Positions 11,961 through 24,655 are shown, counted from the stretch's first letter. The stretch is DNA of 64,000 nt from Chiloscyllium plagiosum (GCF_004010195.1 NC_057750.1:13585473-13649472); one strand, 5' to 3'. Translations and numbers: made by a program. Notes: generated from the sequence alone by a model not told the origin.

Positions 11961-13039
11961 CTAGGTCTTTAGGACTCAAAAAGAGTTTGTTTGGGTGCAT
12001 TTAGAGAAAATGTTTGTACGGTTTCCACAGTGAGATTGTGGGAGCAGAGTGGTAAACCGAAGATTTGGGCAAATGCCGTGGGGCCACGCGGGATTCGAAC
12101 ATTTGAAAGGTCCACTGGGCGAAACAGAGAAGGATGTTCCTGATGACCATAGAGTTCAGAACCAGAGGATTAACAGTTTAAGGATACGGGGACTGAGTGG
12201 AGTTTAGGACTGAAATGGGGAGAAATGTCTTCACCCAGAGAGTGGGGAGCCTTTGGAATTCACTCCCACAGAAAGTGGTTGAGGCCAAAACATTGAATGT
12301 TTTCAAGAAGGAGTTAGATTGACTTCTTCTGGCTAAAGAGAGCAAGCGGGAACAGGGATTGAATTGGACGATCAGCCGTAATCTTATTGAATGGCGGAAC
12401 AGGCTCGAGGGGCCGAATGGCCTTCTGTTTTTCTGTTTTGGTGTAAACGTTCCACCATGGCAACTGGGGAAAGTGAAAATTCAACTCAACTCTCTTAAAA
12501 AATCGGAATTAAACGTCGTTGAAGTCAAAAGGTGGCCATTATAAGAATCCATTCACTCCACCTTTGTGGGACATAGATCTGCCATCCTTACCCAGTCTGG
12601 TCTTCATGCGATTCTAAACCCGTGTGTGGCTGACTCTAAAATGGCCCAGAGAGCCAATGAGGGATGGGCATAAATGCCAGCCTTGCCCACATCCCACAAG
12701 AGAATAGAAAATAGACGCGTGCAGCCGACTAGAATGAGGGACCATCGATATTAGTTGGTGTCTGGTAAATCCAGTCAGGAATTCAAGAGAAATGCCCCCC
12801 CCCCCCCAGAGAGTAGCTGGGTCATGGCACTTGGAGTGGCTAATTTCCAATTACGACGGCATTTTATAGAGAACGAGAAAGGGAAGCTAGATAAACTGGC
12901 GAGGAGGGTATAAGAAGGGTAGGTTGATGTGATCAGGTATAGTTGTGGGGTGGAGGGAGGCAGGGGAAGGGAAAGGGACAGGGGTGTAGAAACAGAACAC
13001 GGTTTCCCTGCCATGGAAAGGATATTATTCAATTGGAGC

Positions 13040-13630
13040 AGATTCAGAAGAGATTTACCAGGATGGAGGGTTTCAGTTATAAGGTGAAAGTGAGGATTGC
13101 AGATGCTGGAGATTAGAGTCAAGATCAGAGTGGTGCTGGAAAAACACAGCAGATCAGGCAGCGTCCGAGGAGCAGGAGAATCGACATTTCGGGCAAAAGC
13201 CGCTCATCAGGAATCAGTTATAAGGAAATGCTGGGAATGTTTTTTCACTGGAACATTGGAGGTTGAGGGATGACCAACTAAATATTTATAAAATCATGAG
13301 ATAAGGTGAATGGCAGGTGTTTTTTTTCCTCTAGGGTGGGCGATTTCAAAACTAGGGGCCGTATTTTTAAGGTGAGAGGAGAAAGATTTAAGAAAGACAT
13401 GAGGGGCAGCTTCAACACAGACAGTGGTTGGTGTGTGGAATGGACTTCCAGAGGAAGTGGTGGGTGTGGGGACAGTTACAACGTTTAAAAGACATTTGGA
13501 TAAGTTCATGAATAGGAAAGGTTTGGAGGGATATGGGCCAGGATCAGGCAGATGGGACTAGTTCAGTTTGGGATTATGGTCGGCATGGACTGGTTGGGCC
13601 AAAGGGTCTGTTTCCGTGCTGTATGACTCG
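13040..13630 (+). mobile_element. CR1 LINE 3' fragment
   Basis: Decayed RT C-terminus and 3' tail. Confidence 0.75.
13085..13213 (-). mobile_element. Penelope-derived family A element inside a CR1
   Basis: 12-bp TSD tcagttataagg (13073-13084 / 13214-13225); hammerhead-like core at its 5' end. Confidence 0.75.
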
Positions 13631-14017
13631 ATAATTCTGCAACCATAAACAGGGTTCAGCAGAATGGGAAGGGGACCAACAAATGAGAAAAAACCTAAGG
13701 CTAACAAGGAGGTACCACAGAAAATTCCTCTGCCATTGTCCTCAGTTTATTGAAGGCTGCCTTGCAGATTAAACTGCTCCATTTAGGAGTTTCAAATAAT
13801 CTGTCAGTTCCAAGACAAAACTAAAGCAGAGAGAGTGCCCAGGGTTCGTTGTGTGATGAGCTGTGAGATATTAATTGATTCGAATTGGCTTGCTGTAGCA
13901 CAGGGAGTTAAGAAAAAATAATTATTCTCGATAGTGAGATCATCGGGGAGAATGAGCCCTGCCCCAGTGTGCTCAGCAAGGCTGCCTAGCAACCAGTTGG
14001 TAGGCCCGAATCCTTAC

Positions 14018-14191
14018 CTGAGCGACGTGTATGAACTTTGTGAAGACTTCAGCTCGCTGAGCTGCTGTGGGCCTGTTGAGAATCATCAGCTGCACCCACT
14101 GGGAGATCCCGTTAACCAAAGACACCGAATGCTCCAGCGCTGGATTCTCCCTCACACACCCACTCACCATGTAACTCCTATAGTCCAGGTA
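14018..14191 (-). CDS. RASGRP4: RasGRP4-like exon 7 (CDC25 domain)
   Basis: ccag|...|gtaagg, 174 nt, [58 protein letters not shown]. Confidence 0.95.
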
Positions 14192-14733
14192 CTGGAAGGC
14201 AGAAGAGAAAGTGCTTTTAATGAGTGCCTTTTGCGCATTCAGGGCACCTTGATTGGCTGTGGCCCACCCAATTTGGTGCACAGCAGGATCCTAGGGTGAC
14301 AGCCTATGGGGTCCACTTTTCCCATGATGCTGGCTGAGGGACGTCAGAGAGGGAAATCCCTCCAAAGGCCAGCCATGCGGTCTTTTACCCTCCCCCGCAT
14401 GCGATGGCGGCCCCATCCATAAGGTGGTCCACCTCCAGTGCAGGACTCCCTCAGTCGGGCCACTGGAAGAGATGGCCTTAGTTTGGCCTCGGCTCTTAGG
14501 GCTTGTGTCCTCCCAGTGATGATGGATAAATCCAGCGCAGCATGGCAAGCCTGAGGCAGATCCTCGAATGTCCGCAGTGACTCAGAGGCAGGGATTCACT
14601 GTCAAAACCTCCCAGAGGGTTTGGAAATGGGGAGGGAGCACACCCAAACTGAAAAACCCAACCCATCAGCCTCCAGTAAATACCCAGTCTCTGACTTTAT
14701 CGACCCACGCACCGTCAGGAAGCCTCTGCTCAC

Positions 14734-14887
14734 CGTTAACTGGCAGAAGGAATTAAACTCAAGGTAGCTGAGGTGTTCTGCCAATTCCGTCGGCTCCAGG
14801 TGATCGAAAAGCAGGGAGACTTTCCGTTTTTTGTTGTTGCTAGAGATGGCGTGTTGCGTGTACTTCCACGTCCATTCGTGCATGTGT
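14734..14887 (-). CDS. RASGRP4: RasGRP4-like exon 6 (REM-CDC25 linker, start of CDC25)
   Basis: cacag|...|gtgagc, 154 nt, HMHEWTWKYTQHAISSNNKKRKVSLLFDHLEPTELAEHLSYLEFNSFCQLT. KKRKVSLLFDHLE is a RasGRP hallmark. Confidence 0.95.
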
Positions 14888-15012
14888 CTGTGTGCATGTA
14901 GGAGAGGAGAGTTACCGCTCAATCGTACAGCAGAACACCCCCTCCAATATTGACCCGAAGGTGTCACAGCAACGACTCTGACTGAGATTAACTGGGAGCT
15001 GGTGTTTACTTA

Positions 15013-16250
15013 GAGTCATACAGGCCCCTTGGGTCCAACCAGTCCATGCCGACCGTAATCCCAAACTAAACTAGTCCCACCTGCCTGCTCCTGAACCATA
15101 TCTCTCCAAACATTACTTATTGATGAACTTATCCAAACTATCTTTTAAGTGTTGTAACTGTACTCGCATCTAACACTTCCTCAGAAAGTTCATTCCTCAC
15201 ACGAACCAGTCTCTGTGTAAAGAAATTGCCCCTCATGCCTTTTTTAAACCTTTCCCTTCTCCCCTTAAAAATATGCCCGCCATTCTTGAAAGCCTCCACT
15301 CCAGGGAAAAGACACCTGCTGTTTACCCTATCCATGTCCTTCATGATTTTATAAACCTCTAAAAAGTCACCCCGCAACCTCCTACGCTCCAGTGAAAGAA
15401 CTCTCAGCCTATCCAGCTACTCCTTATAGCTCAAACCCTCCAGTCCCAGCAACATCCTGGTAACTCTCTTCTGAACCCTCTCCAATTTAATAATATCCTT
15501 CCTATAGCAGGGCGAGTGGAACTGGTCACAGTACACCAGAAAAGGCCTCACCAAGGTCCTGTACAGCCTCAGTACTCGGATTTCACCAGTTTCCTCATTT
15601 CCCCCTCCCCCTACCTTGTCTCAGTCTAATCCATCGAATTCAGCACCGCCTTCCTAACCTGCAATCTTCTTCCCGACCTCTCCGCCCCCACCCCAGTCTG
15701 ACCTATCACCCTCACCTTGACCTCTTTCCACCTATCACATTTCCAACGCCCCTCCCCCAAGTCCCTCCTCCCTACCTTTTATCTTAGCCTGCTAGGACAC
15801 ACTTTCCTCATTCCTGAAGAAGGACTTATGCCCGAAACGTCGACTCTCCTGCTCCTTTGATGCTGCCTGACCTGCTGCGCTTTTCCAGCAACACATTTTC
15901 AGCTCTGATCTCCAGCATCTGTAGTCCTTACTTTCTCCTGTCTACATATGACACAAACTTCAAAGGATTATGTACCTGAACCCCTAGGTCCCTCTGTTCT
16001 ACAACACTACCCAAAGCCCTAATTTTAATTGCATAAATCCTGCCCTTGTTGCTTTATCAAATGCAACGCCTCACATTTATCCAAATTAAATTCCATCTGC
16101 CACTCCTCAGCCCAATTGATTGAGATCCCTTTTATAAGCTTAGAGAACAGTCCTCACTGTCCACTGTACCACACCAATTTTGATGTCATTTGCAAACTTA
16201 CCAACCATGCCTCCCGCATTTCCATCCAAATTGTTGACAGAAATGACAAA
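15013..16250 (-). mobile_element. CR1 LINE fragment
   Basis: RGDFLEVYKIMKDMDRVN...RGNFFTQRLVRVRNEL. Confidence 0.8.
15577..15939 (+). mobile_element. Penelope-like element 3' end (C-rich UTR plus terminal repeat) inside a CR1
   Basis: C-rich segment, then attc-CTGAAGA-A-GGAC ttat GCCC-GAAACGTC (15810-15841) and the family A tail. Confidence 0.7.
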
Positions 16251-17290
16251 CAAAAGGGGCCTTTTTCCAAAACTAGGGAATGATGCCTGCACAAGAGGCG
16301 GCCATTCAGCTCATCACAGCTGTGCTAGCACTCCGAAAGATCAACTGCCCCCACTCCCCCGACTTTTTCAGCATAGCCCTGCACTTTTCTGTTCCTTACT
16401 TCAAGTTTATTTTTTTTTTTAGATGGGCTGTGGAATCCATTGCCTTGTCAGGCTCCTCCCAGATTGCAACCCCATTCACTGCGTAAGAAACACAAACACT
16501 GTGGAAGATGAAAATCTGAAATAATGACAGAAAATGCCGGAAAAACTCAGAAACGGCTGCCGGACTCTTTGAGCGGTGCTCGCAGCAGTGCGAACGCGGG
16601 TTGAGTCTCTTTCTTGCCACTAATGCTGCTTGACTTGTCGAGTGTTTCCAACAAATTTCGTTTCCATTCCTAAGCTTAGCACAGTCGCTTTCGGCACTGA
16701 CCTCAGACCCATCTCCCCCTGGGGTCACCGTTTGGCTGAGAGCTCAGACTCCCATAAATCAAAGCCGTGAGCAGATTTGTTGACACAGAGGCGGGAGAAG
16801 GTTGACAGTGTCATGATGCCACACTCTGTGATCGCTTTTGTCAAGTGTTTCAATATATGTGCGCACAATGTGAAGAGGCGTCACCAGTTTCTGCTGTTAA
16901 AGGTTTAAAGGTCCAGTTGCTTGACACTTTTAAGGGGTTGTTGCAACAGCAGACTGATTTGCAGGAAAATTACGAGCGGGCTATTTTCCTAAGCCTTTGT
17001 GAGGAGAGAATTCACTATTTCTGTCAAGAATGGTGATTGGGCCTGGAAGGGCCAACTCCACGTGTTGCTATGGAGACTATGAGGAGCCATTGGAGGTGGG
17101 TGAGGGGCAAGCGTTGGCAAGAGGATTGGGTGGAGGGTTAAAAAACTTTAAATATCAGTAAATTACTGAGACAAAAAGCCAGCGGGGTGAGGTAGGCCGT
17201 TAGTACAGCCCCTTCCTTAGCATTGAACAGCCTCTGAGGCTGGGTCCAAACTGCTTTCATAAGCAATGGGCCCAATGCCTGCCCAGGCCC

Positions 17291-17777
17291 GGGGACAGTG
17301 TCGAGAAAGCTTTACTCTGTATCTAACCCTGTACCAACCCTGTTCTGGAAGTGTTTGATGGGGGCAGTGTAGAGGAAGCTTTACTCTGTATCTAACCTTG
17401 TACCAACCCTGTGCTGGAAGTGTTTGATGGGGGCAGTGCAAAGAAAGCTTTACTCTGTATCTAATCCTGAACCAACCCTGTGCTGGAAGTGTTTGATGGG
17501 GGCAGTGTAGAGAAAGCTTTACTCTGTATCTAATCCTGAACCAACCCTGTGCTGGAAGTGTTTGATGGGGACAGTGTAGAGGAAGCTTTACTCTGTATCT
17601 AACCCTGTACCAACCCTGTGCTGGAAGTGTTTGATGGGGACAGTGTCGAGAAAGCTTTACTCTGTATCTAATCCTGAACCAACCCTGTGCTGGAAGTGTT
17701 TGATGGGGGCAGTGTAGAGGAAGCTTTACTTTGTATCTAACCCTGTGCAGGGAGTATTTGATGCAGGACAGTGCGTA
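17291..17777. repeat. 69-bp tandem minisatellite, ~7 copies
   Basis: cagtg anchors at 17296, 17365, 17434, 17503, 17572, 17641, 17710. Confidence 0.95.
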
Positions 17778-18102
17778 GATCCCAGAAACGGGATTGACAA
17801 TGATCACCTTTGTGGTGGAGTTGGCTGAGGGATTAAGATTGGTGAGGAAGCCACCGCTGCTGCTTTGAAACACATCACCGAGATCGCGTGGGTCCACTTG
17901 AGAATCTAACAGAGCCTTTGACAATGCAGCACTCTCTCAGTACCGGCTGTAACGCTAGTCACTGGGATTTGAACTCGTCACTTGTGTCTTGCGCGATTGA
18001 GGACAGCGGGGTGAGACATTAGGTGGGTGCAGAGGGGGGGGGGGGGGCGCGGAGCCGGGGGGTGTTTGGGATTCCTGAGTGTGACAGAGAAACCGCTCTC
18101 AC

Positions 18103-18234
18103 ATGTTGGATGTGTCGATGAGCTGACAGTGAGATTCCTCGCCTTCATTTCGGGCCAACTGCCAGAACTGGGACATCACATCCTCCAGTTTGCTGTCCAC
18201 AGTGAACACAATGGGATAACGTGCTATCCAGTAC
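18103..18234 (-). CDS. RASGRP4: RasGRP4-like exon 5
   Basis: cag|...|gtgaga, 132 nt, YWIARYPIVFTVDSKLEDVMSQFWQLARNEGEESHCQLIDTSN. Confidence 0.93.
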
Positions 18235-18549
18235 CTGGGGGGAAGGACAGAGCAATTTTGAGAACAGCGCAGCACTGGGATCCTTCCCCGCTCAGGCCCT
18301 GTTCCTCCAGCCCTTCCCTCCAACTCCACGTCTACCATTTCCGCAAGACTTGGATTTTCCGAATGCAGCAGAAACTTTGCTGCACTACCAAAGGCCCAGT
18401 TTGCTCAGAGCAAGCCCCAACAGACTGCAGTGTGGTTATAACCAGTTTCACCTGCAGGTAGAGGGTTGAGCAGGGAAGGTCTTTGAGTAAGATCAAACTC
18501 CTGTCTTCTTCAGTGCTGTCTTTGCTCACCCCCTCACATTCTCCTCTCT

Positions 18550-18833
18550 CGGCACAGTGGCTCAATGGTTTGCACTGCTGCCTCACAGTGCCAGGGACCC
18601 GGGTTCGATTCCAGCCTCGGGTGACTGTCTGTGCGGGTTTTCTCCAAAGATGTGAAAGTTATGGTGGATTGCTCATGGGAAATTGCCCATAGTGTTCTGG
18701 GATGTGTAGGTTAGGGGCATTCATCAGGGAAAATGTAGAGTAATAGGGGAATGGGTGTGGGTGATTTACTCTTTGGGAGGGTCAGTGTGGACTTGTTGGG
18801 CAGGGCCTGTTTCCACACTGTAGGGATTCTATG
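18550..18833 (+). mobile_element. HE1-like SINE, internally deleted
   Basis: tggctcaatgg...gggttcgattcc...ccacactgtagggattctatg. Confidence 0.75.
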
Positions 18834-19670
18834 AATCTCTCACGGATCCACACCAACCAACTGCTCAACCACGCCATCAAGGAGACTCTCTCATGACAGT
18901 TTGGGGCCATTCTGGCCAGCATGGTATCCCGGTAACGACTATCCCACAACCTCCGCCTCAGGGTCAGCCATCATGGCCGGTTTTTCAATTCCTGGATCAT
19001 CAGAGGAAAACTTGATTTCCGTGGACGGGAGCTCCCGAAGCCAACAGGCTACCCCCACCCCGAGATAGGGGTCACCGTCGGGAAGTGGAACCCGCTAGCC
19101 ACCACAAGTGCACAGCAGGATCCCACAACTGGCCGAGTGGACCTTTTGCGCTGGGGGAAATATTGGGCAAGGTGCTTCTTTGAAGACCTGCCGTTGGGGA
19201 GGCTTTACGGCCCGCTGGGGGAGGCAGAAGGTTTCGGGTGTTAAGGTGGCAACTGACACCACTCCCCCATAACTCCCACCTCCCGGACAATGTGCCCTAG
19301 CGGCGAGAGTCGGACTTGAACCCAGAACCTGATAGCTCAGAGGGGAGTGTGCCACCAGTTGAGGGCATAGCCTTCCATATAAAGATGGCCAAGGTCAGGG
19401 GAAGCTGCACTGGCCTCAGGACCATCCTGTGACATATCCAGTCCTGCACTGCTGACCATTCTGGGGTGTCGACCTTCCCACTGAAGATTGAAGTGATTGT
19501 CTCACACCTAGCTCCCACAGATCCCAGAGTCAGCCGGCTGTCTCGTGACAACTGAGCTGCTAGGAAGAGCAGCCATGGATATACGTCCATTCCTCTACAG
19601 TCCCCAAAGCTGAGAATCCAAATTACAAAGGCCTCAAACTCCCAGCCCATGGCTATTGTGCACGACTTAC

Positions 19671-19733
19671 CTTACAAAATGGCAGATCTTCACCCGAATC
19701 TGGTCGCGCTTTTCCCCTCCTGCGTCTCGGTAA
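19671..19733 (-). CDS. RASGRP4: RasGRP4-like exon 4 (REM domain)
   Basis: Preceded by TCCTTAAC and an AC acceptor. 63 nt, (L)YRDAGGEKRDQIRVKICHFV(R), donor gtaagt. Phases match both neighbours. Confidence 0.92.
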
Positions 19734-21689
19734 GTGGCTGGAAGTTAAGGATCATGGACGAAGGACATTCAGCCCGAGACACTGTCCTGCCGGCCCGTGG
19801 GCGCTGACTTCTTTGAACCCTGAGCTTCCCTCCCATTCTCGTCCCGTTTCCCAAGGCGGTTCTGCCTCAGTGTCCACCCCGGTTGCTGTGGAGCGTTTTA
19901 CAGCATGGAAGCAGGCCATTCAGCCCAACTGGCCTCTACTATGGTCCACACAACCCGATTCCTGCCTCATTTCATCCAAAGCCATCACCCCACAAAGAGC
20001 AAAGAAACTTTACAGCCCAGGAACAGGCCCTTCGGCCCTCCACCCCTCCTATTCCTCTCTCCATCATGCGTTTAACCAGCGTTGAGTTGAAGGGTTTTAC
20101 TTCAATAAACTTCAGCATGAAAACTTACTTTCTAATGAGGATTCTGAATCTGTGACCCTTCCCACTGACCAGTGCTGACAACATATGCTCAGAACTGGGC
20201 AAAACTTCCCACCTGTGGGATTTTAATTCAAATAGTGGACCTGGAACATAATGAGTCTCAGTAAAAACCCATCTGGTTCACCTCCTTTGGGGAAGAAAAT
20301 CTGCCCTTCTTGCCTGGTCTGGCCTCCAAGTGACTCTAGACCCACAGCAATGAAGTTGACTCTTAATTATCCTCAGAAATGGTGCGAGTGGGTCTCTCAG
20401 TTGGTCTTCAGGGGCAGTTGAGATCCAAAGGTTGACACATCTAAGTGGGGAGTCAAAACTTGCTCTTACTCACTTGTCACAGAGTTTATAGAAGATGGCA
20501 GACCAGGGGGTTATAGAGTCAGAGAAGCATACAGCACAGAAACAGAGTCTTCAGCCCAACCAGTCGGTGTCATGTTCCCAAACTAAACTGGTCCCTCTTG
20601 CCTGCTCCTGGCCCATAACCCATCAACTTATCCAAGTGTCTTTTAAACGTTGTAACTATCCCCACATCCACCACTTCCACATCCACACACCAGCCACTCT
20701 CTGTCGGAAAAAGTTGCCCTCTCCCTGCCACCAACCGTGCCCATTTTAAATCTTTCTGCTCACACCTTAGAAATATGTCTATGACTCTAAGGCAGCTCCC
20801 CACCACCTTCACAAGGGGCAACTAGGGACAGGCAACAAATGCTGGACCCAGCCAGGGAGGCCCCTATCATGTCAACGAGTAAATCATTAGAACGGCTCAG
20901 TTGGCCCACAAATGGTTCTCTTCAGATTGACACAGGACTGGTTTAGGCCTGGCACCCACTTCCTGCCCAGCGCTGGCACTTCCTTTGGGGCAAAAAGGCA
21001 AGGGGATTGGTGTCCTTGACAACGAGCACAGATCACCAGTCTCACACTCCAGCCAGCGAGAATCTCGGGGAAATCCTCTCAGCCGGGAGTTCTCAATTCA
21101 GTTCTCTGAACTGAAAGGCCCGAGTTCAGAGAAACAGAGTCACCTCAGGTTCTAGAGAGGCTACGAGATAAGGGTTTCAGTTTCCTGTTCAGCTCGCAAG
21201 GCTTCATAAAGCTCTCTGTTCAGTCCTGGTTAGCTATCTACAATCTCACTGTGTCTCTGCTGGGACCACTGCCTCTCTGCAAAACTCAGAAAGGAATCGC
21301 TGAGACGGTGGGGACCATTTTGCTGTACCAGGCTCAGGGGTAGCATCAAGGCCCACCTGGGAGGCCAGTCAGCCTCCCTATTCAAGCCTTTACTACCTCT
21401 CAGTTAGGTCACCAGCAGATTGGCTCTCTTGCCCATAGCACTGTCGGGAATGACCAACTTCAGAGGGCAGTTACTTTTTTAAACATGAATTCGAGGTAAA
21501 ACCCGGGGGGCATGTGACCTCCTGCCAGTCACAGAGAGGCAGACCAAAATCTAACAGAAGGGAGGCGCAACAGCGGGAGGAGACGGGCAGTGCATGGACT
21601 CGCGGGATCTTCCTGAGGGGAGGGGTGGCGGGCGGAAGTTGGGGGGAATAGGGCTGGTGGTGGGATGGGGTTTGGGGTGGGGTGATGGG

Positions 21690-22318
21690 NNNNNNNNNNN
21701 NNNNNNNNNNNNNNNNNNNNNNNNNNNNNNNNNNNNNNNNNNNNNNNNNNNNNNNNNNNNNNNNNNNNNNNNNNNNNNNNNNNNNNNNNNNNNNNNNNNN
21801 NNNNNNNNNNNNNNNNNNNNNNNNNNNNNNNNNNNNNNNNNNNNNNNNNNNNNNNNNNNNNNNNNNNNNNNNNNNNNNNNNNNNNNNNNNNNNNNNNNNN
21901 NNNNNNNNNNNNNNNNNNNNNNNNNNNNNNNNNNNNNNNNNNNNNNNNNNNNNNNNNNNNNNNNNNNNNNNNNNNNNNNNNNNNNNNNNNNNNNNNNNNN
22001 NNNNNNNNNNNNNNNNNNNNNNNNNNNNNNNNNNNNNNNNNNNNNNNNNNNNNNNNNNNNNNNNNNNNNNNNNNNNNNNNNNNNNNNNNNNNNNNNNNNN
22101 NNNNNNNNNNNNNNNNNNNNNNNNNNNNNNNNNNNNNNNNNNNNNNNNNNNNNNNNNNNNNNNNNNNNNNNNNNNNNNNNNNNNNNNNNNNNNNNNNNNN
22201 NNNNNNNNNNNNNNNNNNNNNNNNNNNNNNNNNNNNNNNNNNNNNNNNNNNNNNNNNNNNNNNNNNNNNNNNNNNNNNNNNNNNNNNNNNNNNNNNNNNN
22301 NNNNNNNNNNNNNNNNNN
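21690..22318. other. Assembly gap with G-run-rich flanks
   Basis: N run. Confidence 1.
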
Positions 22319-23245
22319 TTGGGGCTGGGTGGTGGGGGGAGAGGAGGTGTGTTGGGGTGGTGTCAGCTGGAGAGCCAGTGTGAGATAACCAGCCTGGCCA
22401 TTTGGCTGAGCCAGCTCCAGGCTGGCAATAGTTCGGCCTATCTCTGGAATCAGGACCTCGAGCCTGACGACCTAACACGAGAGAGGTAGCAGCCAATCGG
22501 AGGAGTCATTAAGGAGGCTATTCCTGCCACACGTCACCCCCCCACCCCTCTCTCGAGGACCGTTGGGGGAGAGGTTGCTGCTGGTAAATAATGTAGGGAA
22601 GGGGTTCTTTCACACACCTTCAGCAACTCACCACAGTTTTAGTGTAAATCAATCGTTTAGCACAAACACCGACTTCCATCTTTCTTTTCAAACCCTTCCC
22701 CTGTCCCAGACGCCAATCCCCCCCACTGGAGATTCACTTTAATAACCCACTATTAAATGACCAAACTATGCAGGTTACCAACTGTGTCCATGGAGTGGGA
22801 ATGACAGGAGGGTTAAGAAATGGGGAGCTTGGGATTCAATTGGGGTCGTTGGGATAATAGTGGACTCCCTCTCCAAGGACGGTTGGGCCCAGGTGTAGCC
22901 TTCGAAGGGATACAGACATTTGTGAATTCTGACACATTGACCTCCCCCCCCCCCTCCCCCAACCTCCCCAGCCCACAGCCTGGACTGGTTGACAGACAGG
23001 AGCAGGGCCTCATGAGGAAGTCCCCCCACCTCTCCTCCACAGCGGGTGCTCGGGGCAACCAAAAACGAGAACAAGAGTTTTCTTAAATCTACCACACTCA
23101 TGGGACGCAGAATCCACAGGACTATAGAATCGGCATGTGGGCTGGGAGTCCATGAGCTACCATCACCTCAGTTCGTACAGGACTGCTGGGTGAATAATGT
23201 CCACCGCAGATCCCCAACAGAAAGCAGACAGAGCCCACCACACAT

Positions 23246-23690
23246 TTGCCAGGGTTGGAGGATTTGAGCTACAGGGAGAGGCTGAACAGACTGGGGCTGT
23301 TTTCCCTGGAGCGTCAGAGGCTGAGGGGTGACCTTATAGAGGTTTATAAAATCACAAGGAGCATGGATAGGATAAATAGACAAGGTCTTTTCCCTGGGGT
23401 GGGGGTGTCCAGAACTAGAGGTTTAGGGTGAGAGGGGAAAGCTATAAAAAGGACATAAGGGGCAACTTTTTTACACAGAGGGTGATGCGTGTATGGAATG
23501 AGCTGCCAGAGGAAGTGGTGGAGGCTGGTACAATTGCAACATTTAAGAGGCATTTGGATGGGTATATGAATAGGAAGGGTTTGGAGTGCCAAGTGCTGGC
23601 AAATGGAAATGGATTAATTAGGGATATCTGGTCAGCGTGGACGGGTTGGACTGAAGGGTCTGTTTCTGTGGTGCACATCTTTATGACACT
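23246..23690 (+). mobile_element. CR1 LINE 3' fragment
   Basis: PGLEDLSYRERLNRLGLFSLERQRLRGDLIEVYKI. Confidence 0.85.
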
Positions 23691-23822
23691 GGGGATCCCA
23701 GTCAGTAAGAATCCAGGTCTTTTGTGAACCCCACCACCTCGTGGCCTGGTAACAGTGGGAGGAACTTCGAACTTTCAACACAAGCCAACATTTCTGAAGT
23801 GAGTGGGGTCTACTGTCCAGCA

Positions 23823-24017
23823 GGAGAAAGTGAGGTCTGCAGATGCTGGAGATCAGAGCTGAAAATGTGTTGCTGGAAAAGCGCAGCAGGTCAGGCAGCA
23901 TCCAGGGAACAGGAGAATCAACGTTTCGGGCATAAGCCCTTCTTNNNNNNNNNNNNNNTCTCCTGTTCCCTGGATGCTGCCTGACCTGCTGCGCTTTTCC
24001 AGCAACACATTTTCAGC
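23823..24017. mobile_element. Penelope-derived palindromic insertion with 14 N at its centre
   Basis: Inverted arms; near-TSD tctactgtccagca / tctactgtctagta (23809-23822 / 24018-24031). Confidence 0.75.
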
Positions 24018-24375
24018 TCTACTGTCTAGTAACATGTCGTGGGGGTTTTTTTTTTGGTTGCATTACAAAGTTCACAAGGCCAGAGGGGGAAACACCTTTG
24101 CTGCAGTTTACTGGAATCGCTGCTCAGTGAGTAATGTTTTGTCATTATTGTTACAGTGTAAATGTCAGAAAGTGAGCTCCTGTCCTGCGATTAACGTGCA
24201 TTGATTGCTGGCAAGTGCGTATCTCGTCCCAAGGACTATCAGTCTCTGCAGGGATTGCAAAGGATAACGCTTTGCAAATGTCTCACTGATCCTCTGGGTC
24301 ACAGCAATTTTCTGAGTTCTAGATCTCACCCATCATCATCCCTGACTTACTGAGCCGTAATTCTAATGCCAGCTT

Positions 24376-24655
24376 GGAGCGGCACGGTGGCTCAGTGGTT
24401 AGCAGTGCTGCCTCACAGCGCCAGGGACCTGGGTTCAATTCCCACCTCAGGTGACTGCCTGTGTGGAGTTTGCATATTCTATGCGTGGGTTTCCTTCCCC
24501 CAGTCCAAAGATGTGCAGGTCAGGGTGAATTGGCCGTGCTAAATTGCCCATAGTGTTAGGTGCATTAGTCAGGTGTAAATGTAAGGGAATGGGTCTGGGT
24601 GGGTTACTCTTCGAAGGGTCAGTGTGGACTTATTGGGCCACTGTAGGGAGTCTAA
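24376..24655 (+). mobile_element. HE1-like tRNA-derived V-SINE
   Basis: A box tggctcagtgg, B box ggttcaattcc, central gtgtggagtttgca..cagtccaaagatgtgcagg domain, CR1-like tail. Confidence 0.8.

Noticed and set aside
17217..17924. 235-aa repeat ORF, or a CRISPR-like array
   Set aside because: Contiguous 69-bp tandem units with no unique spacers and no cas genes, in a vertebrate intron. The ORF follows from a unit length divisible by 3.
21102..21133. 11-bp hairpin ttctctgaact / agttcagagaa
   Set aside because: Short, isolated and without supporting context. Rho-independent terminators do not apply to this genome.
21471..22496. Long ORFs spanning N runs (also 761-1351 and 43276-44075)
   Set aside because: Open only because of assembly gaps.
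22903..22916. GTATCCCTT on the minus strand, as an alternative U12 donor
   Set aside because: Deviates from the consensus at +7, and no upstream exon is evident.
24376..24450. tRNA gene-like A/B boxes (many copies)
   Set aside because: They are SINE heads followed by SINE body and tail, not complete cloverleaf tRNAs.
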